From a virus, in IMG/VR virus record IMGVR_UViG_3300029267_000784, positions 1 to 36,851 of that record: a stretch of DNA of 36,851 bases. One strand, given 5' to 3'. Positions within the stretch are counted from its first letter, which is position 1, and each line of letters opens with the position of its first letter. Made by a program: the position numbers and the translations under genes. Positions 1 to 6,469 of this stretch are shown here, piece after piece. Under the pieces are notes generated by a model, which saw only the letters and a list, made by a program, of their open reading frames with translations, ran no database searches and was not told where the DNA came from.

Positions 1-144
1 CGTGTTATCCTACGCACCGCCCGCTCATATAACTTTTATAAGCCGCTGGTCTTGCCCATGTTCGCTGGAAATTACGCCAATCTTTTGAATACTTCTTATT
101 GCTTCCGTTTTTATATAGCTGTGCAAAAGGATAAAATCCTAATC
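1..144. repeat. Terminal direct repeat, copy 1 (identical to 36708..36851)
   Basis: Compared base by base: cgtgttatcctacgcaccgcccgctcatataac...ggataaaatcctaatc occurs at both window ends. Confidence 0.95.
4..22. repeat. 19-bp direct repeat GTTATCCTACGCACCGCCC (second copy 830..848; 36711..36729 is the terminal-repeat image)
   Basis: Exact match read from the sequence. The two copies bracket the radical SAM gene. Confidence 0.9.
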
Positions 145-808
145 CGTAAACTGTTTTTAATCGTTCTTCTTCCTCCTGCTTATTAAATCCAATTAGCACA
201 TAACATCTTTTTTTATACGAAGGGAAAACCTTTAACTTATCAACGATTCTGCGAAGTGGCTTTATTGATTCCTTCTGATCACACGCAAACCATAATGATT
301 TAATTCTTAACCCTCTCATTTGGTCTATGTCCCAATCGGTCAACAACCGGGCATCAATTCCACCCTTAAATTCAATAGCTCTCTGTGTTCTTAACATATC
401 ATATACCTTCGATCTGTGCTGTTTTGAACACGCAAGAAAATTGTTATCTTGTATTGTGCTCCCCTCTTTAATATCCAATTCTCTAATCCGCCCTTCACGT
501 TTCGGCACAAAACAAAATTTACAGTTAAACGGACAACCTCTGGATGTTATTGTTATGCCATTTCTAACATATATCCCTGGTTTAAATTCTCCGCCTCTAT
601 CGTCATAGGCACACCCACCAATCTTAACCCTGCCGTAATGCTCCCACGCAACCGCTAATCGTTCGGCTCTTTCTTTATCCCAAGTAAATACTGTTGATAT
701 ATGCACCTCGTCGTATTTCGGGGTAAACAAATCGGGATATGAATAATAAGCATCTTTATCAATCGGTGTCATATTCGTCTTCGCTGGGAAAACCCTTGCA
801 ATTCTCAT
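5..808 (-). CDS. Radical SAM superfamily enzyme, 267 aa, substrate unknown
   Basis: C92-x3-C96-x2-C99 cluster motif inside TSRGCPFNCKFCFV. The N-terminal DEVHISTVFTWDKERAERLA..VKIGGCA resembles a cut-down B12-binding-type Rossmann segment. The start ATG overlaps the stop of the upstream mini-ORF (ATGA). Confidence 0.85.
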   Translation of the reverse strand: MRIARVFPAKTNMTPIDKDAYYSYPDLFTPKYDEVHISTVFTWDKERAERLAVAWEHYGRVKIGGCAYDDRGGEFKPGIYVRNGITITSRGCPFNCKFCFVPKREGRIRELDIKEGSTIQDNNFLACSKQHRSKVYDMLRTQRAIEFKGGIDARLLTDWDIDQMRGLRIKSLWFACDQKESIKPLRRIVDKLKVFPSYKKRCYVLIGFNKQEEEERLKTVYGLGFYPFAQLYKNGSNKKYSKDWRNFQRTWARPAAYKSYMSGRCVG

Positions 809-939
809 ATCTCAATCTTAACTCTCCTCGTTATCCTACGCACCGCCCAGAAGAAACCCAGCCCCCAGCCTACCGCTAAACCTATCCCGATGCCTAACCA
901 GTAACTTGATAATGGGCAGATGTGGGGGATGAAGATCAT
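805..939 (-). CDS. 44-aa hydrophobic mini-protein (MIFIPHICPLSSYWLGIGIGLAVGWGLGFFWAVRRITRRVKIEI)
   Basis: Hand-translated; below the 60-aa ORF-track cutoff. It has a Gly-rich hydrophobic helix and ATGA overlaps with both neighbours. Confidence 0.55.
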   Translation of the reverse strand: MIFIPHICPLSSYWLGIGIGLAVGWGLGFFWAVRRITRRVKIEI

Positions 940-1109
940 TCTTCTATTTCCTTTCCTAATTTCGTATAACTATCAAACATTAATTTTAAAATTTGTAAAG
1001 CACCTTCTATATCATATAATGCCTTATCAAAATCTTTTCTATCTTCGTAATGTCTTTCAATGTATATTTCGCAATTATGGAATGTTGCTACTTTCTTACA
1101 TAGTTTCAT
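936..1109 (-). CDS. 57-aa hypothetical protein (MKLCKKVATFHNCEIYIERHYEDRKDF...)
   Basis: Hand-translated. SD AAGGGGGTGGGGT lies upstream; the stop overlaps the next start (ATGA). Confidence 0.55.
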   Translation of the reverse strand: MKLCKKVATFHNCEIYIERHYEDRKDFDKALYDIEGALQILKLMFDSYTKLGKEIEE

Positions 1110-1121
1110 ACCCCACCCCCT

Positions 1122-1259
1122 TTATAGTAACCCCAGCTTATACCTGCAACAATCAGCACATATAACCATTTCATGGTTTTTTAATTCAATGTATGCACCG
1201 TACTTTATTAAACATTTCTTTTTGCAGGATATACAGATTTTATAATTTTTCTTTTTCAT
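1122..1259 (-). CDS. 45-aa zinc-ribbon mini-protein (CxxC...CxxCC)
   Basis: Hand-translated: MKKKNYKICISCKKKCLIKYGAYIELKNHEMVICADCCRYKLGLL. The ATG overlaps the upstream stop. Confidence 0.5.
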   Translation of the reverse strand: MKKKNYKICISCKKKCLIKYGAYIELKNHEMVICADCCRYKLGLL

Positions 1260-1384
1260 GCCTTACCCCCTTTATTCCTCTTTTTCTTTCTCCTGTGCTT
1301 CACATACGGACAGCTGTTCCGTGCGTTATAGCCATTCTTCCAGGCGTTCTTTAGTATCGGGCATTTACTCCATTTTGGTTTCAT
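1256..1384 (-). CDS. 42-aa basic mini-protein (MKPKWSKCPILKNAWKNGYNARNSCPYVKHRRKKKRNKGGKA)
   Basis: Hand-translated. It starts inside the 23-bp repeat and has ATGA overlaps on both sides. Confidence 0.45.
   Translation of the reverse strand: MKPKWSKCPILKNAWKNGYNARNSCPYVKHRRKKKRNKGGKA
1362..1384. repeat. 23-bp direct repeat CATTTACTCCATTTTGGTTTCAT (second copy 1632..1654)
   Basis: Exact match. On the minus strand it reads ATGAAACCAAAATGGAGTAAATG, that is a stop/start junction plus the codons MKPKWSK. Confidence 0.9.
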
Positions 1385-1436
1385 AACGGTAGATACTCCT
1401 GCCGCAATCGTTTCTCCACAGGCTTAATAATTTCGT

Positions 1437-1598
1437 TCATTTATACAATCTCTCATACATAGTAAATCTTTTCAAAAAATAAAAATTAATAATAATACGT
1501 TTGCGATTGTAAAAACCTAATCCTCTATCAAACGATAATCCGAAACCCTTCACACTATCTCCTTCTTCGGCAAAAAATAATCCTAAGTAAATTTTCAT
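1437..1598 (-). CDS. 53-aa hypothetical protein (MKIYLGLFFAEEGDSVKGFGLSFDRGLGFYNRKR...)
   Basis: ORF track 1437..1634. I prefer the internal ATG at 1598, which follows the SD AAGAGGAGGGGTGAT. Confidence 0.45.
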   Translation of the reverse strand: MKIYLGLFFAEEGDSVKGFGLSFDRGLGFYNRKRIIINFYFLKRFTMYERLYK

Positions 1599-1650
1599 AT
1601 CACCCCTCCTCTTAATTCGTTCATGCTCCCCCATTTACTCCATTTTGGTT

Positions 1651-1962
1651 TCATTGTGCCTGCCCTATAACCTCATACCAGTGCTTCATTTTGTTGACTG
1701 CTTCAAGTCTGCTGTGCGCTTTCGTGGTACATTCTACGCCTTTGTACTGTACCGTGTAGTTCTGCTGTTCATTCTGTAACGTCCTAAAAAGTTCTTCCGC
1801 AAGGTCTAATCCTTCCTGCTCTCTACCCACAGGCACACTAACCCTAATATTATTAATGCCGTAACCGTCCGGCAGTCTATACTCTACTCTTTCGTTATGT
1901 TTTATTTCTTTTATGCTCGGTGGGGATAGCATTATCATTATCGCTGTAATTACCGTAAACAT
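1651..1962 (-). CDS. 103-aa hypothetical protein
   Basis: ORF track. It sits in the coupled minus-strand operon and overlaps the VRR-NUC gene end. Confidence 0.6.
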   Translation of the reverse strand: MFTVITAIMIMLSPPSIKEIKHNERVEYRLPDGYGINNIRVSVPVGREQEGLDLAEELFRTLQNEQQNYTVQYKGVECTTKAHSRLEAVNKMKHWYEVIGQAQ

Positions 1963-2324
1963 TCTAATTTAAAATAAGAATCAATTATATTTTTTGCCTC
2001 ATCAAACCCATAACAAACAACCGCTTCATATCCCCGATTATGTAATCTATCTATCCATTCGATTTGATTTTTACTTAATCTGCCTTTGTTTGAATAACTA
2101 CTTTTTGGCGTTTTCAATTCTATCATCAAGCCGTTCTTACCTTGCCTCGGCTCGAATATTAATAAATCAGGCACGCCGGCCTTACAACCTATCTTTTTAA
2201 GATTCATTGCTGTAATAATCGGCAATTTTACCCCTGCTGGCGAGGCAGTAAATAATACCTTCGGGTATCGGTATTGAAGATATTGAATAACCTTTTTTTG
2301 TTCTTCTGATTCAGGATGTTTCAT
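1950..2324 (-). CDS. VRR-NUC family nuclease (PD-(D/E)xK fold)
   Basis: Motifs GVPDLLIF and GLMIELKTP followed by LSKNQIEWIDRL match the VRR-NUC layout. Its ~124-aa size is typical. Confidence 0.8.
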   Translation of the reverse strand: MKHPESEEQKKVIQYLQYRYPKVLFTASPAGVKLPIITAMNLKKIGCKAGVPDLLIFEPRQGKNGLMIELKTPKSSYSNKGRLSKNQIEWIDRLHNRGYEAVVCYGFDEAKNIIDSYFKLECLR

Positions 2325-2455
2325 TTTTCTTTCTCAAGATATTTTTTCAATATATCCCGCAAATCATCCTCTTTGATGATAAGCCCAAATGAGGACAGCA
2401 GGCTCTTTTTGCGTATTTCATAGATGATTGTTATTAGTTCTTTCTCGGTAATCAT
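2321..2455 (-). CDS. 44-aa hypothetical mini-protein (MITEKELITIIYEIRKKSLL...)
   Basis: Hand-translated, with ATGA overlaps to both neighbouring ORFs. Confidence 0.45.
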   Translation of the reverse strand: MITEKELITIIYEIRKKSLLSSFGLIIKEDDLRDILKKYLEKEK

Positions 2456-2655
2456 TTTACGTCTCCGATATACGGTACAAATATTATCCCCTTCTTACCG
2501 GCAATCCAGAGATATTTTGCAGTCGGTGATAATCGTTCTATATGCAAAGGGTGTTTATTGCATTTTTGTTGTATTTTTTGCATTATGTGATCCATGGAGG
2601 GATGCTCGAACATATCCCATGAAAAATATTGTTTACTTGATTCAAGGTTAATCAT
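2452..2655 (-). CDS. 67-aa hypothetical protein
   Basis: ORF track; coupled to its neighbours. Confidence 0.5.
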   Translation of the reverse strand: MINLESSKQYFSWDMFEHPSMDHIMQKIQQKCNKHPLHIERLSPTAKYLWIAGKKGIIFVPYIGDVK

Positions 2656-2876
2656 TTCTTCCTCCGATTTTTCCTTCGGCTCATACGTGCTATCTTATTC
2701 CGTATCTTCCGCAAATGCCTTTTCTTACCGTAATAATTTTCATGCTGTTTTTGTTCATACGTCTTATCTTGCTTCTTTGGCAATACCGGGCTGGGGTCTG
2801 TTACCGGCAAAGGTTTTTGTTCTTTTACCCTTACAAATAACTTTTTAAACAGCCGTACAATGTAACCCCAAATCAT
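2652..2876 (-). CDS. 74-aa very basic protein (C-terminal KIRNKIARMSRRKNRRKK)
   Basis: ORF track; ATGA overlaps on both sides. Confidence 0.5.
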   Translation of the reverse strand: MIWGYIVRLFKKLFVRVKEQKPLPVTDPSPVLPKKQDKTYEQKQHENYYGKKRHLRKIRNKIARMSRRKNRRKK

Positions 2877-3109
2877 AAAAATGCCCCTTGCCCGGTATCG
2901 TCAAAGTTTATTGCCTGTGGAATTGAAATTAGATAATATCTGAAGTTATTCTTTGTAATACGTTCGGCTGGCGGTATGTTATATCCCTTATCCCGCAAAT
3001 CAGAGATTGCCCGCCTAAACTCAAATGCGAGGTTATACGGTATATCTTTTGTCTCAAACTGCCCGCCGTTATCAGCGAATAACTTTAAGATTTCTTCTTC
3101 TTGTGTCAT
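2873..3109 (-). CDS. 78-aa putative winged-helix DNA-binding protein
   Basis: The pattern ILKLFADNGGQFETKDI...AISDLRDKGYNI looks like a wHTH. Motif-level judgement only. Confidence 0.4.
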   Translation of the reverse strand: MTQEEEILKLFADNGGQFETKDIPYNLAFEFRRAISDLRDKGYNIPPAERITKNNFRYYLISIPQAINFDDTGQGAFL

Positions 3110-3314
3110 GGTTACGCTCCATTTTCTTTCTCAATTCCCGCTTCATGTTGAACATAGGCAGATCAAAATCCTTCTTGTCTGAAACATACATTTCCGTGTC
3201 CTTCGGAATGTAACCTCTAAATTGCAGATAAAGAATAAAAATACCGATAAGCGCAATAATCAAACATTGCTGAAACGTAGAGCACAATTTCCAAAATTCA
3301 ATAATCCAGTTCAT
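3072..3314 (-). CDS. 80-aa membrane protein
   Basis: ORF track. SD AAGGGGGTGATAGT lies upstream; hydrophobic segment CLIIALIGIFILYL. Confidence 0.55.
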   Translation of the reverse strand: MNWIIEFWKLCSTFQQCLIIALIGIFILYLQFRGYIPKDTEMYVSDKKDFDLPMFNMKRELRKKMERNHDTRRRNLKVIR

Positions 3315-3329
3315 ACTATCACCCCCTTT

Positions 3330-3500
3330 TTATAATTCTGTTTTTAACCAATCCCTGAATGTCTTTATATTCTGCACACCTTGCGAGTATAAAACCCTGT
3401 AAACATACGCCTGATAATTATCGAGCGCAATATCCAGCGAGATAAAGTGATATTTATTCCGGGGATTTACACAACAAAGTTTTTTAACGTAATATTTCAT
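3330..3500 (-). CDS. 56-aa hypothetical protein (MKYYVKKLCCVNPRNKYHF...)
   Basis: Hand-translated. The start shares one base with the upstream stop (TAATG). Confidence 0.45.
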   Translation of the reverse strand: MKYYVKKLCCVNPRNKYHFISLDIALDNYQAYVYRVLYSQGVQNIKTFRDWLKTEL

Positions 3501-4039
3501 TATTGCCTACTTTTAGAGCAATTAATAATTTCCCTGATATGTTTTGAATACGATTTTGTTAATGCACAGGGGTAATTGCAACACGCACCGCAGTGCCGGT
3601 ATATCGTCGCATTTCTCATATCGCCATACCAGTTTATTTCTTGACGGGTAAATTTGTTATTTGTTGCATCAAAATGCATTACCCGATATGCAAAGTTCTG
3701 GTTTTTTTCAAGCAATTCATATTCTTTTTCAAAGGCGTTTTGGAATATTGTTTGCTCATTTTTTGATAAAGAAGATAACCCCGGATCCACCAGCCTGTTT
3801 TTCCATACCCGTTTAACATTTTGAATTATCCTCTTCCGTCTTTGCTCGTCGATATTATTGACTTTCATCAATCCTAATTCTTCTACAAAACACAGCATGA
3901 ATATTTGACGGGCTTCTTTCTTTGCGCCGCATATATCACACACCCTGTAATCGGAATCCTCGCCGCATATATCACAACCGGCATATCCGCCCGCTTGAAT
4001 ACCGTCTAAAACCTCGTCTGTATTTGTCTGTTGTAACAT
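3500..4039 (-). CDS. 179-aa Cys-rich protein with an N-terminal zinc ribbon (CDICGEDSDYRVCDICG) and C-terminal CGACCNYPC
   Basis: ORF track 3500..4168. I prefer the ATG at 4039 (MLQQTNTDE), which follows the SD GGGAGGT and sits just after the stop of the upstream gene. Confidence 0.6.
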   Translation of the reverse strand: MLQQTNTDEVLDGIQAGGYAGCDICGEDSDYRVCDICGAKKEARQIFMLCFVEELGLMKVNNIDEQRRKRIIQNVKRVWKNRLVDPGLSSLSKNEQTIFQNAFEKEYELLEKNQNFAYRVMHFDATNNKFTRQEINWYGDMRNATIYRHCGACCNYPCALTKSYSKHIREIINCSKSRQ

Positions 4040-4041
4040 TA

Positions 4042-4836
4042 TTACCTCCCTGCGCTTGCCTCGGCCTCTGCCATAGCCCGGATACGTTCGATTTCTGATT
4101 CTTTGTTTTCTTTTACGCCACGTGTTGATAATGGGTTTTGTATCCAATCCTGCCAGTTGTTGAACCATGTAGAGCCCATTTTGATATATTTCTTTTCGAT
4201 TTTATTTTGAATGATATGATTGATGTAATTATTTAATGCAGTATTGATATTTTCGAGGTCTTTATCATTAGCTACAGAAACATTGAAATGCTTTAATGCC
4301 TCTTTGTAACCTTCTTTTCTGGGGTACTTGTCCCATAAAGTTTTAAAACAATCGACATTATATATATTCCCTTCCCTTCCCTTCCTTTCCCTTCCTTTAC
4401 CTTCCCTTCCATTACAGAGCGAGCCCTCGCCGAGTACTCGCCGAGTACTCGGCGAGTCCTGACAATTATTAATGGATTTCTGCAGGTCTTTTAGATTAAA
4501 TCCGTCAATTAAGGGTTGGGAAGGGCGATCTACTTTTTGATGTCGGTTGAAGTTACGTATAAGTAAATAGGGCTTTGTGTCATTATCCCATTTAAACAAT
4601 ACCACAAGCCCTTTTGGCAGTAATTCATCAATCAGTGGTTTGCTGACACATTTAGTAGATGTTGATTTTTCGTAAGGAAAGATTTTTACTTTTAACATCG
4701 GGATGTCATATTCAATGACACCATAGTCATCAGAAAAATTTAACATTCCGATTAATAATTTAGTCGCATTACCGGATAATGTCCCGGTTTTGCTATCACT
4801 CCAAAATTCAGGCTTTATTGTTCTAATCCTTGCCAT
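4042..4836 (-). CDS. Putative replication initiator / replisome organizer
   Basis: The N-terminus MARIRTIKPEFWSD..LLIGMLNFSDDYG and the C-terminal TLWDKYPRKEGYKEALKHF motif recall phage replication-organizer families (from memory, not searched). The central linker carries repeat DNA. Confidence 0.5.
   Translation of the reverse strand: MARIRTIKPEFWSDSKTGTLSGNATKLLIGMLNFSDDYGVIEYDIPMLKVKIFPYEKSTSTKCVSKPLIDELLPKGLVVLFKWDNDTKPYLLIRNFNRHQKVDRPSQPLIDGFNLKDLQKSINNCQDSPSTRRVLGEGSLCNGREGKGRERKGREGNIYNVDCFKTLWDKYPRKEGYKEALKHFNVSVANDKDLENINTALNNYINHIIQNKIEKKYIKMGSTWFNNWQDWIQNPLSTRGVKENKESEIERIRAMAEAEASAGR
4366..4456. repeat. Origin-like block: pyrimidine/purine CCCTTCC repeat tract (4366..4413), then an 11-bp tandem repeat and a perfect 20-bp palindrome (4426..4456)
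   Basis: ttcccttcccttcccttcctttcccttcctttaccttcccttcc, then ctcgccgagta ctcgccgagta ctcggcgag. The 20-mer 4437..4456 is its own reverse complement. Confidence 0.5.
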
Positions 4837-4882
4837 GCTGTAAATAAAAAGAGTAAGCAGGGGAGCTTTACCCTATCGTCCG

Positions 4883-5215
4883 TTACTGCTCCCTGTATCC
4901 AAATTCCGAAACTTCAATCATGCTTATTGCGTCTTTATTGCTTTGCCCGTACTCTGTATCAATTCTTCTTTCCGGCATTGCACAGCCCGAAAAAAAAGCA
5001 CATATCACAACAAACGAAAGTAAAGCAAAAGCAATAATACACCCATACATAAACTGCTGTTTCATCATCACCCCCTCTGTTTTGTAAAGTGCTTTCCCTC
5101 TTAAATATTCAAATATTGTCACTAGAAATATCCCAATAAAAATAATCGCAAAGTACAATAAAATCAACAGACTGCCAACAATCAAAATATTTATTGCAAT
5201 GTTAAATATGCTCAT
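4883..5215 (-). CDS. 110-aa membrane protein with an in-frame internal lipoprotein-like start
   Basis: ORF track. The N-terminal half is two hydrophobic helices. The internal MKQQFMYGCIIAFALLSFVVICAFFSGC has its own SD (AGAGGGGGTGATG) and a lipobox-like FSGC. Confidence 0.55.
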   Translation of the reverse strand: MSIFNIAINILIVGSLLILLYFAIIFIGIFLVTIFEYLRGKALYKTEGVMMKQQFMYGCIIAFALLSFVVICAFFSGCAMPERRIDTEYGQSNKDAISMIEVSEFGYREQ

Positions 5216-5880
5216 TTGCCTGCCGCAACGGTATCCTCCGCATAAAACATTATCCCAGGAATCGTTATTGTACCCTTGCCCGCCCTCGCAATCTCACCAA
5301 GTAACTTTACGTTCGGAATCATATAATTACGTGGGATGTCATCTTCTCTGGTGATTTTAAATTTCCAAATCTTCTTCATTGCGATGCCCTTCACCTGCTC
5401 AACCCGGGGGGCAAGCACTGGCGCAACCACACCGTTGGCCTTATCTTCGTACTTTTCCGCTTTTACCTCCTGACCATTAGCTCGGGCAGTTTCAGCCTTC
5501 TTAAGGGCTTCCTGGCGCTTCCTGTCGGCTTCCTGTTGTAGTTTGCGCTCCCGCTCTAATCTTATTTTTTCCTGATTGTTTATGAATGTTAGCATTGCTT
5601 TCTTTGTCATGGTTTCCGCATCGATAAGGCATGATTGCGGCTTGCTAAATAAATCCATGACGGCACGTTTGGCCACATCAAGAGGCTTCGTAATTTTCTT
5701 CCTCATCTCATCAAGCTGTTTGTATTTCTCTTTGACAGTTTTAAGAAAGGTTGCCGCCTGCTCATAATGATGCTGATTATTGATGACGATATTCTGCGCA
5801 TTGGTAAGCATAAGATCAGCCTGCGATTGCGCCTGTGATGCCTGCGAAACATCTATTGGTTTAACTTCTATTAATGACAT
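5212..5880 (-). CDS. 222-aa coiled-coil protein next to the recombinase pair (Gp157/DUF1351-like by position)
   Basis: ORF track 5212..5913. I prefer the ATG at 5880 (MSLIEVKP), which follows a perfect SD AAGGAGGT. Function is unsupported beyond position. Confidence 0.4.
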   Translation of the reverse strand: MSLIEVKPIDVSQASQAQSQADLMLTNAQNIVINNQHHYEQAATFLKTVKEKYKQLDEMRKKITKPLDVAKRAVMDLFSKPQSCLIDAETMTKKAMLTFINNQEKIRLERERKLQQEADRKRQEALKKAETARANGQEVKAEKYEDKANGVVAPVLAPRVEQVKGIAMKKIWKFKITREDDIPRNYMIPNVKLLGEIARAGKGTITIPGIMFYAEDTVAAGK

Positions 5881-6467
5881 ATAACCTCCTTGTAATTGGC
5901 AACTGATAAACATGACAAGAATACATTCATATCATTGCTTTTTGTAAAATGCTCAATCTTATAATTGCCGTCCGGCTTCAATAACACCCCAGCCCGCCGG
6001 GTTGCTTTCTGCTGTTTATACATTTCATTATGCGCAATGATATAAGCGCCTGTTTGTATTGCTGTTGTCTTTGTGTCAAGATCGTAGGTAGATTTAATCT
6101 CAACAATAGTACGCATTCCTTTCAAAATTCCCCGCCGGTCAAGCGTCCCTGCAAACATATATTTTTCAGAACCTATCACCTCCTCTATTAATTCGTTTTT
6201 GAAACCCGTATCACCTATAAACTTTTTCCATGCGTCAAGATACGGTTTCAGTTTCGGGTCAAGTTTTGCCTCATCAAGAATCCCTTTATCATACAGTTCG
6301 CAAGCCTTATGAACGGCTGTGCCAAATTTCCGGGCAATCTCAAGCCGGGCTGGCGGCACTTTTGAAAAATCCGTCAAGCCTACATTTTCCAAGATTCCCG
6401 TCGGATGCGGTACTTTTATACCGTTTATAAAGTATTCGTGCGTTTCAGGTTTGAAAATAATATCCAT
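5871..6467 (-). CDS. PD-(D/E)xK exonuclease, partner of RecT
   Basis: Motifs GTAVHKACE, GTLDRRG and IVEIKST fit a D..ExK nuclease core. It lies immediately downstream of recT. Confidence 0.65.
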   Translation of the reverse strand: MDIIFKPETHEYFINGIKVPHPTGILENVGLTDFSKVPPARLEIARKFGTAVHKACELYDKGILDEAKLDPKLKPYLDAWKKFIGDTGFKNELIEEVIGSEKYMFAGTLDRRGILKGMRTIVEIKSTYDLDTKTTAIQTGAYIIAHNEMYKQQKATRRAGVLLKPDGNYKIEHFTKSNDMNVFLSCLSVANYKEVICH

Positions 6468-6469
6468 TA

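Noticed and set aside
4366-4413. Polypurine tract read as nothing more than a low-complexity Gly/Arg/Glu/Lys protein linker
   Set aside because: Not fully rejected. The adjacent perfect palindrome and tandem 11-mer are hard to explain by protein constraints alone, so it is reported as an origin candidate instead.
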